Positions 18,253 through 29,074 are shown, counted from the first letter of the stretch. The stretch is 64,000 nucleotides of DNA from an uncultured Spirochaetota bacterium (GCA_963745235.1 CAVUXE010000054.1:1-64000); one strand, 5' to 3'. The notes: generated by a model not told the origin, from the sequence alone. Program-made: numbers and translations.

Positions 18253-18657
18253 CTACGAGATCGGATCCCAGAGCTTCAGGTCGGAAAAATAGTCCCTCAT
18301 ATACCCCCTGTCCCGCGCCAGGAGACGGTCCGAGTGGACTTTGGCATGTGCGCCAATGAGGAAATCTGCAAGGATCCTTCCCGCCCGTTCGCGCCGTCTC
18401 TCGAGAAGTCTCTTCAACATCTCGCCGGCCAGAATTGCGCTTTCGCGGTTTCCCGGGACAAACTCGAGCCCCCAATCCTCCATGAATTGCTCGAAGGTCG
18501 AACGATCCTTGAAAACCGGACGCAACTCAGCCATCACGCTTTCGCAGACGATGAGCCGACCTTCAAGCGACGCTTTTCTGAGCGCATCCAGACTTTCCTG
18601 GCTGGCAGTGCCGGTGAGCACGTCGAGAATGATCGAGCTGTCGACCGCGGTCGTCAT
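18253..18657 (-). CDS. vapC: VapC PIN-domain toxin
   Basis: TAVDSSIILDV...VMAEL...LADFLIGAHA...LLARDRGY. Confidence 0.9.
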   Translation of the reverse strand: MTTAVDSSIILDVLTGTASQESLDALRKASLEGRLIVCESVMAELRPVFKDRSTFEQFMEDWGLEFVPGNRESAILAGEMLKRLLERRRERAGRILADFLIGAHAKVHSDRLLARDRGYMRDYFSDLKLWDPIS

Positions 18658-18875
18658 CCGCGGACCATGGTGAGGTAGCCGTCGACGTCGAGGCCCTTGG
18701 GCAGGCGACCCTTTCCGAGCCAGCGCGAAAAAGGATCTTGCGATTCTTTCTTGACACCTACCAATTTGCCTTCGACAGCTTCGAAATGGAGCACCGTCCC
18801 CGCACGAAGACCGAGCTTGGTTCGGATTTCCTTTGGGATGGTAACCTGACCCTTTTCCGACACGATCGAATTCAT
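18654..18875 (-). CDS. AbrB/MazE/SpoVT antitoxin
   Basis: VSEKGQVTIPKEIRTKLGL; ATGA overlap with vapC. Confidence 0.9.
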   Translation of the reverse strand: MNSIVSEKGQVTIPKEIRTKLGLRAGTVLHFEAVEGKLVGVKKESQDPFSRWLGKGRLPKGLDVDGYLTMVRG

Positions 18876-18915
18876 ACTCAGACAATATGAATTCCTACCG
18901 CCACGGTCAAGCAGC

Positions 18916-19622
18916 TCAATCGGAGATAGGGCGACTCGATCTCAGCCAGGCCATCGCCGCATCCCAGAGCGCGTCCCGTGGGGGGTCAGCTTCAATCGTG
19001 ATCGTTTCCTTTTTCACCGGGTGGGGAAAGGAAAGTTTCCGCGCATGAAGATGAATGCCTCCACCCGGGTTGGAGCGCGGCGCGCCGTATTTCAGGTCTC
19101 CCTTGATGTGGCATCCCACCGCATGAAGCTGGGCCCTGATCTGGTGATGCCTGCCCGTTTCCAGCCGGATCTCCAGGAGATGGTAGCGCTCCAGGCTGAA
19201 AAGCAGGCGGTAGGAAAGCCGGGCTTCCTCGCGCCGGGCCGCGGAGCCTCCGCGGCGTATGACTTGTTCTGCTCCGAGTTCCGCGTGAGCCAGTGGACAA
19301 GAGTGCCCGCCTCTGCCGGCGGACGCTCCAAAACCATGGCCCAATAGATCTTGTCCACCTTGCCGTCCCTGAACATCTCGCTGAGCCTGGCCAACGCCTT
19401 GCTGGTGCGCGCAAAAAGGACAACGCCGCTCGTCGGCCTGTCCAGCCGATGCGGGATGCCCACGAACACCTCACCCGTCTTCCCGCGGGACTCCCGGATG
19501 TAATCCCGTACCTTGTCCGCGAGCGTTGCGTCCCCCGTCTTGTCCCCTTGGACGATGTCCGCGGGCCGCTTGTTGACCGCGATGAGGTGGTTGTCCTCGT
19601 AGAGAATGGAGAGTCCCTGCAT
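18916..19622 (-). CDS. RluA-family pseudouridine synthase, frameshift near 19220
   Basis: ILYEDNHLIAVNK, HRLDRPTSG, LETGRHHQIRAQL, IKGDLKYG, LHA. Confidence 0.9.
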
Positions 19623-19759
19623 GGAGATCCCGGAGGGCAGTATAGACCATCAGCGCGCGGGAACAAACCTCATGGGAATCAAGTTGAGTTTTTGCCACCA
19701 CTCGCGCCTCCTTCTGCCTAGTACAAGGCCAACAGGGCAAGAAGGAGTCTGCCCCAGGC

Positions 19760-20365
19760 TCACTCTTCATCCTCCAATCCTTGGAGCTCTTCCAGCAACC
19801 CATCTTCTGTCAGGTCCAATTCTTCCTTCATCTTTCCAATCCATTCCTGATGGAGCTCATTATTGACGGATGAAAGATTACATCCAAGTTCTTCATCGAA
19901 CATCTTTACAATCCCCAAATGAGGGTGAGCTTCTGGGCGAATGTTTTTCAAAATCATCATGGCCTCTTGCTCAGAACCTGTAATCATATAGAGATACCCT
20001 AGCGAAAAAGCGGTGGAGCGGGAAATCCCTTGCCAGCAGTGGAGTGTGTACCCTTCTGTCTCTTCTTTTGTGTTATCAAAGAACCGTATGGCTCTGCGAA
20101 CATCAGCTTTCCTGGGAACTCTTTTGGGAAACTGGCGTGGACTCAACTGGCTTTTCTTCTCCACATCATAGAACGAAAGCCTTAGAATTTTCCTGAAATG
20201 TTTCCTGAAAACCTCTGGCATTTTGGTATCGGGGCGGTTGATCGTGAATAGAGAAATCGGGTTGCCAATAGAGACAAGGCAAGGGTAATGTGGCCCGTTT
20301 ATCGAGTCTTCAAGCTCAATCTGGCCGAGAACTTCAACCCCTCTGGCTTTCATCCGCCTAACCAT
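19760..20365 (-). CDS. Cys-based protein-tyrosine/dual-specificity phosphatase-like protein
   Basis: HCWQGISRS P-loop (CX5R); AT-richer than its flanks. Confidence 0.75.
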   Translation of the reverse strand: MVRRMKARGVEVLGQIELEDSINGPHYPCLVSIGNPISLFTINRPDTKMPEVFRKHFRKILRLSFYDVEKKSQLSPRQFPKRVPRKADVRRAIRFFDNTKEETEGYTLHCWQGISRSTAFSLGYLYMITGSEQEAMMILKNIRPEAHPHLGIVKMFDEELGCNLSSVNNELHQEWIGKMKEELDLTEDGLLEELQGLEDEE

Positions 20366-20432
20366 ACTATCAAGACTCGAATTAGAAAGCGCCCCTCCGC
20401 CGAGAAGGCGCGCTGTCTCATCCCATTTCCGG

Positions 20433-20828
20433 CTACTTCACTCCGTAGACCACTACTCGCGCTCTTCCCTCAAGCCAGCTTCCTGCCGTTTTGAAGCTGA
20501 ACGAAATAGACCTGATCCGCCTTCTTTCGCCCTCAAGGTGAATCAAGCGGGACCGGGTTCCCGCGTCGAAAACCATGCGCGTTTCGAACCTCTGCTTTTG
20601 ACCGTCTCCGTAAGTCACTTCAAGGCCAAAGATTTCGATATTGTTTCTTTCAACCCAGAATCCTATGTCTTTGAACCACCCTTCGTAGTTGCCGACACTA
20701 ATGATGTCGTGATTCCCGCGGAAGTCTACCGTGCGTTCACCGAGAATGACAGCATTTCTAGGCATCTCTTGAGAAAACGCCGTTGCCGCTACAAGGCTCA
20801 ACGCTGCTAGAAAAAGAAGTCTCTTCAT
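20433..20828 (-). CDS. Secreted hypothetical protein (DUF2541-like)
   Basis: Signal peptide; LGERTVDF..HD.I.V, SR.I.L.G.RR.I. Confidence 0.6.
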   Translation of the reverse strand: MKRLLFLAALSLVAATAFSQEMPRNAVILGERTVDFRGNHDIISVGNYEGWFKDIGFWVERNNIEIFGLEVTYGDGQKQRFETRMVFDAGTRSRLIHLEGERRRIRSISFSFKTAGSWLEGRARVVVYGVK

Positions 20829-21010
20829 AGTCGCTCCTGTTGGTGTGTGCCTTTAGACGATCTTGTTCTAAGATCGCCGATCTGGATGGTATCCCGTAGG
20901 AGGAAAGACAACCACGATCAGCAGCTCAGGGCCGGATAAAAATCTGTTATTTTCAACGAAAAAGCCAAATGAAGAGGATGCAGTCGATTCCCTCCTAATG
21001 AGACTTTATC

Positions 21011-21376
21011 TTAAACACTTTTTATGAACTTCATGGAGATCGAGTTCACGCAGTGGCGCGTGTTCCTGGGCGTGAAGCCCTCGCCTTCAAAGACGTGTCC
21101 GAGATGGGCGCCGCAGGCGACGCAGGTGATCTCCGTCCGCGTTCCGTCCGCATCCGTGGTGCGCTTCACCGCTCCCGGGATTTCCGCGTCGAAGCTTGGC
21201 CATCCGCATTGGGCGTCGAACTTGTCATCGGAACGATACAGCGGGGCTTCGCAGCGCCTGCAGACATAGACGCCTTTTTCACAGTGGGACTCGTACTCTC
21301 CAGAGAAGGGCCTCTCGGTGCCCTTGTGAACAATGACGCGCGTCTCTTCCGGCGTCAGGGGATTGAGCTTTTTCAT
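21011..21376 (-). CDS. msrB: Methionine-R-sulfoxide reductase
   Basis: [26 protein letters not shown]. Confidence 0.95.
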   Translation of the reverse strand: MKKLNPLTPEETRVIVHKGTERPFSGEYESHCEKGVYVCRRCEAPLYRSDDKFDAQCGWPSFDAEIPGAVKRTTDADGTRTEITCVACGAHLGHVFEGEGFTPRNTRHCVNSISMKFIKSV

Positions 21377-21403
21377 GGCAAGGATAATATACTCACCCGT
21401 ACC

Positions 21404-22306
21404 ATGTCACGAAACGCAGGAGTCGCTTTCGTCGTTGCATCGGCAGCCTGTTACGGCGCCATGCCCATCTTCGCCCGGCTCGCCTATCTCTCCGGGGTGA
21501 GCCCTGTCACGCTCCTTTTCCTGCGCTTCGCATTTGCCGCGCCCGTGATGCTCGTCCTGCTTGCGCTCCGCCGCGTCCGCCTGCCGCGCGGCGCGGCGCT
21601 CCTTGCGCTCATCGGCCTGGGCGGGGTCATCTACGTCGTGCAGGCTTTGTGCTACTTCACGGCGCTGACGCAGGCGCCGGCCAGTCTCGTTGCCCTCATC
21701 CTGTACCTGTATCCCGTCCTGGTCGCTGTCGGGGCAGCGGTCGCATACAAGGAGCGGTTTTCCGCGGCCCGTGCCGTTGCACTCGCCCTGGCACTCGGCG
21801 GCGCCGGCCTCATGATCGGCTTCGACCGCGGCGGCACTGCGGCCGGTGTTGCGCTGGCGGTTGCTGCGGCCGCCATTTACGCCGTCTACATCCTGGCGGG
21901 GACGCGCGTGATGAGAAACGTGCCGGCCCTGGCCGCGGCGGCTGTCGTGATCTGCTCCACCGCCTGTGTCTACGGCGGCATGACCGTGGTGCAGGGGCCT
22001 GTCTGGCCGGCAACCATCTCGGGGTGGCTCGCCGTGGCCGCTCTCTCCCTGGTCTCCACCGTGGCTGCCATCGCGCTGTTCTTCGCCGGGTTGGAGCGTG
22101 TCGGACCAACGAGCGCTTCCATTCTCTCCACCTTCGAGCCCGCCGTAGCGGTAGTGCTGGCGGCGGCGCTCCTTGGGGAAGCCATTACCCCGGCCAGGGT
22201 GGCGGGGGGCGTTCTCATCCTTGGCGCCGTTCTTCTGACCACCCGGACGGGGGCCAAAGAAGAACACGTCCCAGCGCGAATTGATCGAGGGGCGGGTTCT
22301 TCATGA
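21404..22306 (+). CDS. EamA/DMT transporter
   Basis: About 10 TM helices in two repeats, LYLYP, STFEP; real start MSRNAG. Confidence 0.9.
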   Translation: MSRNAGVAFVVASAACYGAMPIFARLAYLSGVSPVTLLFLRFAFAAPVMLVLLALRRVRLPRGAALLALIGLGGVIYVVQALCYFTALTQAPASLVALILYLYPVLVAVGAAVAYKERFSAARAVALALALGGAGLMIGFDRGGTAAGVALAVAAAAIYAVYILAGTRVMRNVPALAAAAVVICSTACVYGGMTVVQGPVWPATISGWLAVAALSLVSTVAAIALFFAGLERVGPTSASILSTFEPAVAVVLAAALLGEAITPARVAGGVLILGAVLLTTRTGAKEEHVPARIDRGAGSS

Positions 22307-23706
22307 TAAGGAAAAGGGAGTACTCCCGGGTCCTCGAAGTCCTTGCCGAGGAATGGACACGTCGTTCCCCGCGCAGCGCGGCAATCAACCGGGACGCGCT
22401 CAAGGTTCTTGTGGACGGAGGCAGCCACGCCATCCGTCTCCTGCGGCCCTTCCCGCCCCGCATCCGCTCCGCGCAGGGGGCCTTCGTAACGGATGAAGAC
22501 GGCCACCGGATCCTGGACTTCTGGCAGGGACACCACGCAAACATCCTGGGTCACAACCCGAAGGAGATCACCGAGCCCCTGGCGGCCGCGTTCGCGCAAG
22601 GCTTCGGGCTCCAGTCAGGCTTCACCGATTCTCTCCAGGTCCAGGTGGCTGAGCTGCTTTGCAGTCGCACGGGGGCGGAGAGAGTCAGGTTCACTTCCAG
22701 CGGCTCGCTGGCGACGATGTATGCCATCATGCTGGCGCGCGCCGCAACGGGTCGGGAAAAGGTCCTGAAGGTCGGTGGCGGCTGGCACGGCGCCCAGCCC
22801 TGGGGGCTCGTGGGCGTGGACTATCATCCCGAGAACCGCCACAGCTTTCAGCACGCTGAAAGCCGCGGTCTCCCCAACGCGGTGGCTGACCAGGTGCTCG
22901 TCACGGGCTTCAACGACCTGGGCATGCTGGAGGAACAGTTTCGCAGGCACGGCTCCCGGATCGCCTGCTTCATCCTGGAGCCTTTCATGGGGTCTGCCGG
23001 CAGCCTGCCGGCGAAGCTGGCGTTCCTCGAAGCAGCACGGGAGCTCACCCGGAAGAACGGCGCTCTCCTGATATTCGATGAGGTGATCTCCGGCTTCCGC
23101 TTCTGCGCGGGCAGCATTGCCCGGCTGTTCGCTGTCCAGCCTGACCTCGCCACGTTTGCCAAGATCATCGGCGGAGGCATGCCCGTTGCGGCAGTCGCAG
23201 GCCGCGCCGACGTGATGAACCTTGCCGGCAAGGGGGGAGGAGTCAGGTTCTCCGGGGGCACCTACTCCTGCCATCCCGCCTCCATGCTCGCCTCCATCAG
23301 CATGATGCGCCACCTGGTGGACCATGAGGCGGAGATCTACCCGGGGCTGGCAGCCCTCGGGGATGATGCGCGCCGCACCGTGGAGGAAGCGCTCAGATCC
23401 GGAGGGCTTCCCGCCCGGTGCACGGGATACGGCAACGACGCCCTGCCGGGCAGCTCCATGGCGTCCGTTCACTTCCCCTTCGACGAGTCGTGTCCCTGCG
23501 ACACGCCCGAGCAGACTCGCAACCCCGATGTGTGCGATGTAACCCTGTCGGACACCGTCCTTCAGCTCGCTCTTCTCCTGGAGGATGTCTTTGTGATGCA
23601 CGGGCTCGGCTCGGTTTCGACGGCTCATACGCGGCAGGACATCTCGCGCCTGGGGGAAGCGTGCCGCAAGGCCGCACAGAGAATCGTCTCGCTTCTGGAT
23701 GGTTGA
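22303..23706 (+). CDS. Class III aminotransferase (GSA-aminomutase-like)
   Basis: LIFDEVISGFR, PDLATFAKIIGGGMP, GGTYS. Confidence 0.88.
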   Translation: MIRKREYSRVLEVLAEEWTRRSPRSAAINRDALKVLVDGGSHAIRLLRPFPPRIRSAQGAFVTDEDGHRILDFWQGHHANILGHNPKEITEPLAAAFAQGFGLQSGFTDSLQVQVAELLCSRTGAERVRFTSSGSLATMYAIMLARAATGREKVLKVGGGWHGAQPWGLVGVDYHPENRHSFQHAESRGLPNAVADQVLVTGFNDLGMLEEQFRRHGSRIACFILEPFMGSAGSLPAKLAFLEAARELTRKNGALLIFDEVISGFRFCAGSIARLFAVQPDLATFAKIIGGGMPVAAVAGRADVMNLAGKGGGVRFSGGTYSCHPASMLASISMMRHLVDHEAEIYPGLAALGDDARRTVEEALRSGGLPARCTGYGNDALPGSSMASVHFPFDESCPCDTPEQTRNPDVCDVTLSDTVLQLALLLEDVFVMHGLGSVSTAHTRQDISRLGEACRKAAQRIVSLLDG

Positions 23707-23797
23707 AGACTGGACCGTTGAAATACGACCCCCGACGCGCTACTTTCCTAGTCTGCGTGCGGATCCTCGTTCGCGCGCGCGAAGGAGCTCCCCACGC

Positions 23798-24305
23798 ATG
23801 AAGAAGGCGCTGGCCGTTCTTGTTCTGGCTCTGGCTCCAGCCCTGACGTTTGCTGATTTCCAGCTCGGCGGCACCGGGCATGTACAACGGGGACATCACG
23901 TCCCTGGGGTCCCAGCAGCTCACCTCCGCCAGTTTCGCCTACGGTCTGGAGGCCCGCTTCAGGTTCCTGAGCGTTTTGCAGGCAGGCCTCACGGGCTTGT
24001 ACTACAGTCCGTCGTTCGTCGGGGGTGCATCGTACATCCATGCGCTGACCGACATCGGACTCTCCGTCGACATCTTTTTCCTGCGCTTTGGCGCCGGGGT
24101 GGGGCCTGATTTCTTCATTCCGATGAGTGGACCTGCCGTGACCGCCACGTCCACCGCGAACCTGAAGCTCTCGGGAGACATCAACATCGGACCCGTGGCT
24201 GTCGGCGTCGTGGCATTCTATCCCGTTCAGTCGATCTGGGACCTCCAGAACGTGACAGGCATGAAGCCCTGGATCGGCCTGACCGCCATGATCAAGCTGT
24301 TTTGA
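23798..24305 (+). CDS. Small outer-membrane beta-barrel-like protein, frameshift near 23878
   Basis: GAAGGAG RBS, signal peptide MKKALAVLVLALAPALTFA-DF, amphipathic strands, C-terminal F. Confidence 0.65.
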
Positions 24306-24332
24306 TTTCCACGATGCGGACGATGCAGGGCC

Positions 24333-24369
24333 TTGACATACAGGATAAACAGGAGTAAGTTTATCCTGT
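24333..24369 (+). promoter_or_regulatory. Rrf2 promoter and operator
   Basis: TTGACA, 17 bp, TAAGTT; perfect 11-bp inverted repeat ACAGGATAAAC-N8-GTTTATCCTGT. Confidence 0.8.
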
Positions 24370-24387
24370 TTCAGGAATCAAGGTACA

Positions 24388-24828
24388 ATGCAATTCTCGA
24401 CGAGCATCGAATACGCGGTCCATGGCCTCATATTCATGGCGAAAAGGCCGCCGGAAACGGTCCTTGTCGCCGAAATTGCCGCGGCAATCAAAGTCCCTGA
24501 AAGCTACCTTCGAAAGGTCCTTCAGCTTCTTGCCAGAGCCGGGCTCGTCGCTTCCCACCGGGGAGTGAACGGCGGGTTCTCCCTGGCGCGTGACGCGCAT
24601 GCAATCACGCTGCGGGACGTGGTCGAAGCCGTAGACGGAAGCCTTCCCACGTGGTGCTGCGTGAAGGAAAAAAAGCGCTGCGGTGAGACCCCCTGCCCCG
24701 TGTCCTCGGCATTCGAGGTGGCTCGGGAAAAAATGGCGGAATCGCTGGCCCAGACTTCCATCGGGGACCTTGCTCCGCGCGTGGCGAAGCTGGCAGATGG
24801 CTGGATCGCGGTGACCAGCTGCTCATGA
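24388..24828 (+). CDS. Rrf2-family regulator (Cys-rich, probably Fe-S)
   Basis: YLRKVLQLL..AGLV.S.RG..GGF.LAR....ITL.DVVEAVDG; CC...C...C. Confidence 0.92.
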   Translation: MQFSTSIEYAVHGLIFMAKRPPETVLVAEIAAAIKVPESYLRKVLQLLARAGLVASHRGVNGGFSLARDAHAITLRDVVEAVDGSLPTWCCVKEKKRCGETPCPVSSAFEVAREKMAESLAQTSIGDLAPRVAKLADGWIAVTSCS

Positions 24829-24855
24829 GTATGCAGTCCTGAAAGGAGAGAGGTC

Positions 24856-25092
24856 GTGCGCGAACGAGTGCAGGAAGTGATCGACGAGATACGGCCCATG
24901 CTCCAGGCCGATGGTGGAGACGTGGAGCTGGTGGAAGTGACGGAAGACGGCGTGGTGCGCGTGCGCCTCACCGGCGCCTGCGGCGGATGTCCCATGTCCC
25001 AGATAACGCTGAGCCGTGGCATCGAAAGCCGGCTGCGGGCCTCCATTCCCGAGGTCGCCAGGGTGGAATCCGTGCAGAGGGAAGAGGTCTAG
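24856..25092 (+). CDS. NifU/NfuA C-terminal-type Fe-S carrier
   Basis: IRPMLQADGGDVEL...GACGGCPMS. Confidence 0.92.
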   Translation: MRERVQEVIDEIRPMLQADGGDVELVEVTEDGVVRVRLTGACGGCPMSQITLSRGIESRLRASIPEVARVESVQREEV

Positions 25093-25142
25093 CCCGGGGC
25101 TCTGCTGAGTCGACTCGCTGAGTCGGCTCTGCTTGAGACCGC

Positions 25143-27798
25143 TCAGCTGAGGGCGCTTTTCAGCCGGCGGTTTTCGACCAGCGAGTGGTCGATTGCCCAG
25201 TCCTTGAGGAACGCAATGGTCGTCTGCAGGGCATCCGCCGGAGCTTTCTCCAGGTACTTGCGCACGCCCTCCAGCTTGCGAAGGAACTCGTCGTTCCCGC
25301 GGACCACTGCCTCGAAGTCAGCCACCGGCTCGCGGCTGAGAAGGGTTTCTTCGTATTTCAGGTGGGATCTGGCCAGGTTGATGAACCTGTCCACCATGCC
25401 GGCCGCCCCATCCCCCGACTCTCTTCCCTCCGCCATCGCGGAGATTTCGTCCAGGATCTGGAACATCTCCTTGTGCTGCCGGTCAAGCCGCTGGACTCCC
25501 ATCTCGTAGGCATCGTTCCACTCGAAGCGCACCTCGGAGCGGAAGTTCTTCAACCGTCGCTCGTATGTCTCCATGAGCTTCCACTGGACGATGGGGATGT
25601 CTTCCAGGGCCTTTCCCGGTATGGCGTACAACGTCGAATCCAGCAGCGCGCGCGCCTCGAAAAGGTTGACAAGGCTGCCCTGCGAGGCGGTGCGAATCTG
25701 CTGGCTGGCAAAACGCTCTTTCCAACCGCGAGGCAGCTCCCGTGTCCCCCTCAGGATGGACTCTTCTCCGAAGAAATCCCCCGGCGGTCGCATTTTCGAT
25801 GGGGATCTTGCCCAGGAAGATCGTCAGAAGCCCGTCCGCAATGAGGAGAACCTCCGCGTGCTTTCCGGGGCGCAGCACCGTGTCCTCTTTCACCACGCGG
25901 TGTTCCATGAGACCGGCGATCCGGTTCTGCAGGGGGAAGGAGGCGACCTCTCCGAAGAGCCACGTGCTCTGGAGGAACTCCCGCCTTGCCCGCGATTCCT
26001 GCAGTCCTTCGATGAGGCCGCGGCTGCGAAGGAGGTCCATCCAGGCGTCCCTCGGAATGCGCAGAGCCGCGACATGGCTTGCCGCCCAGCACATCCCGCT
26101 CGGGCTTTGATCGTGAAGGGCCTCAAGCTCCCCGAGGAGCGAGCCGGCGGAAAGCGTTGCATGAGGACCTTCGCGGGATTCCCCCCTGTTGACGATGCCG
26201 CTCACCACGAGGAACACGTTGGCGGCGGGGATGTCGGCAGTCTGCATGATGGTGCCCGGCGTGAAGTGGATGAGCGGAAACGCCGCCAGGGTCTGCGCGT
26301 CGCGCATGGCCATGCCGGGAAAATAGGACAGGACGATCCTCTGCGCTTCAAGGCGCAGCGCATCGTATTGGGCTTCGATGAGCACGTCTTCCTGGCCGAA
26401 TGAGGCCGCGCTGCCGACCTTCTTCTGATCCTCCGTCAGGGGCGATGAGGTGTGGCTGAGCAGGCGCTTTCTGGACCCTTCTGAGGCGAAGTCCTCCGCC
26501 TTTCCGTGGATGAGCCCGCCGCCGACATCGATTTTCTTGACATCCACCGGGACCAGCAGCTTGGCTGTGCAGGCATCGTAGAACTGTCTGGAGATGCCGT
26601 TCTTCGTCGGATCCTCCGTGACCATCTTGCGAAGCACCTCGAATGCGCTGATATCCGCAAGGTGGGCATAGGACCGATGGACATTCCCGTGCTGCACGCG
26701 GAAAAAGAACACGGTGGTCTCCACGGGGTGCGGGGAGAAGACCGGCAGGACCTCAAGGCCCCCCTCCAGCCTGTTCCATGTCTCCAGCATGAGGTCCCGC
26801 GGCTCGAAGTAGTGAAAGAAAGTGTCCTCCGCGCGTCCGGTCAGCGCGGCGTACTTTTTCACGACGCTTGCCCTGACGGGGGCAACCGCGAAGTAGGGCA
26901 CGCGGCGGTCCGCCCGGCCCAGAGAGGTGAGCCCGGCGAAGTGGTCGTCATGGCCGTGCGTGTGGAAGATTCCCGCAATCTCGTTGACGCTGATGCCGAG
27001 GGCGGCGAGGGAGTGCTGGATTCCCGGCCCCGCATCAACAAGGTAGGTCCTGCCCTGGAAGCAGATGATGCTTCCCATGCAGGGCCGGGTGACGTCCCAC
27101 CCGTCCCCTTCGCCCACGTGGATGATTGAAAAGTGCTCCCTCTGCACCCGCTTCTGCTCGAGCTGGTACGTCGGCGGGTAGTCCTCCGTCTCCGCCAGGT
27201 TGAGGTCCACGGTCACCGCGCTGCCCTTGTAGATGAACTCGTAGCGGTTGAACCCGCGCCTGCGCACGAAGGCGCGGTCCCGCAGCTCCACGGCCGGTGC
27301 GTCGACGATCCGCAGGTCCAGCAGGTCCTCCGTGCGGCGGATGTTGTCGAACGCGAACCACCTCTTGATCCGCAGCATGTCGTGGGCCAGATCTTCGGGG
27401 ACCCCGGCCTCCATGATCTCCGCAAGAGAGGCCAGCCCGTAGGTGCCGCGGTAGATGTAGTCGCTCTGGCTTCTCACCTGGTCTTCCAGCCCGATCAGCA
27501 TGGGCTTGCGGCCGGTGTTGTTGGGGTGACCGGGCAGGATCATCCCCTGGAGGTAGAGCATCTGGAGCACGGGGAACTCGGCCAGGTTGGAGAAGCTCCC
27601 GTTCTGCATCGTCGTGTCGGACAGGAGGATTGCGTTCGGGCCCGTCTGGGCAGCCGCGCCGTTCTTCTCCCGGTCCACGATCAGTCCCGATTTCATGAGG
27701 TGCTTGACGCTGTCCGCCGGGCAGCCGCACAGGATGTAGAGGTCTGCCTCTGGTATCTCCACCCAGTAGACCCCATTCGTCACTTTGACCTTTTTCAT
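25143..27798 (-). CDS. Metallo-beta-lactamase-fold / cNMP-binding / hemerythrin-like fusion protein, frameshift near 25785
   Basis: HTHGHDDH MBL motif, two cNMP-like segments (LLGE, DFFGEE), C-terminal W..Y.MG...D.QH..H...EE..W...H. Confidence 0.82.
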
Positions 27799-27884
27799 CG
27801 AGTACCAGTCCTGCAAATTTTCATTAGGATGTTGAGACCCTCCCCACGAGTATAGTAACGATAATGACGGAATAAAAGTCCCCG

Positions 27885-27911
27885 CCAAAGGCCCCAAAGG
27901 CCCCAAAGGCC
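27885..27911. repeat. 9-bp tandem repeat, 3 copies (CCAAAGGCC)
   Basis: Three exact copies upstream of the hemerythrin fusion gene. Confidence 0.8.
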
Positions 27912-27924
27912 CGGGGAAATGCCC

Positions 27925-29013
27925 TCAGGCGCCCGCAAAGGGATAGTACTCCAGTGCCGTGTCGAACATGGCCGTGATGTTTGCAGGCGGGGTCCCGGCC
28001 TGGATCCAATGGGAGGGACCCAGGATATACCCTCCGCCTTTGCCGAGGACATCGATGCGCGCGCGAACCTCGTTGGCCACATCCGCGGGGCTGCCGAAGG
28101 GAAGTGTGGTCTGGACGCTCACCCCGCCTTCGAAGCACAGGCGGTCCGCAGCCATGCCCTTGAGGGACGCCGGGTCCATGTTGTCCGCGCTGAACTGGAG
28201 GGCCTGGAGAACATCAATGCCCATGTCGATGAGCCCGTCGACCGCCGGCATGATGGACCCGTCGGTATGATAGATGACCTTTGCGCCGAAGCGGTGGATT
28301 GCTTCGTTCAGCCGCCGGTGGTACGGCACCAGGAGCTTTTGCCATTTCTCTTTGGGCATGAGGAGCCCGCGCTGGTCTCCGATATCATCAGCCGTGAATA
28401 TGAGGTCCACACGGCCGCGCGCCGCTTCCAGGACCCTGGTGAAAAACTCCACGTAGAACCGTGTGACGCGATCCATGATCCCGTGCACCAGCTCCTCTTC
28501 AGTCATCACGTCCATCAGCATCTGCTCGAAGCCGCGCATGTACCAGGAAGTCTCGAAGATGTTGCCGTTTCCGACCATGACACACTTGTCTACGTCCGCG
28601 GTCGCCGCGCGGATGAGGTCAGGAAGGCCATCGTAGTCGAACCAGGCAGGATCAGGCCAGCGGTGCGCCTCCAGGTCCGGGATGCCGCCGGAGGCCGCCA
28701 GCGGATAGTGCGCGATCTCGTTGTAGCTGCCGGAGCCGTAGCTCACCTCCCGCCGGCGGACGCCCCAGATGTCGGTGTCAGGAGGCAGGGAGGGACCGAT
28801 GTAGCGCGGGCTCACCTCGACGATATCCACAATTGGATCGAGATACTCCTCCACCGAAATGCCGCGCTGCGCCCCCAGGAAGTCCGCGAGCGCCTTCCGG
28901 GCGGGCGGATTGATGCCGGCGCAGACCATTCCCACCGGGATTCGGTCCGTGGTGCGATGCTGCAGGGCAAGAGCCACCCGTTCACGGCTTGCAAGAGTTT
29001 CTCTGCGCGGCAT
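27925..29013 (-). CDS. Uroporphyrinogen decarboxylase / MtaA-CmuA family protein
   Basis: RERV..AL.H...DRIP, ADDIG.Q, YHTDG, GGYILGPSH. Confidence 0.88.
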   Translation of the reverse strand: MPRRETLASRERVALALQHRTTDRIPVGMVCAGINPPARKALADFLGAQRGISVEEYLDPIVDIVEVSPRYIGPSLPPDTDIWGVRRREVSYGSGSYNEIAHYPLAASGGIPDLEAHRWPDPAWFDYDGLPDLIRAATADVDKCVMVGNGNIFETSWYMRGFEQMLMDVMTEEELVHGIMDRVTRFYVEFFTRVLEAARGRVDLIFTADDIGDQRGLLMPKEKWQKLLVPYHRRLNEAIHRFGAKVIYHTDGSIMPAVDGLIDMGIDVLQALQFSADNMDPASLKGMAADRLCFEGGVSVQTTLPFGSPADVANEVRARIDVLGKGGGYILGPSHWIQAGTPPANITAMFDTALEYYPFAGA

Positions 29014-29074
29014 TTGCGCCAGATTGTAGCCAACCCGGCGAACGTCAACAAGCAGGCGTCCGGTTGCCGATACT

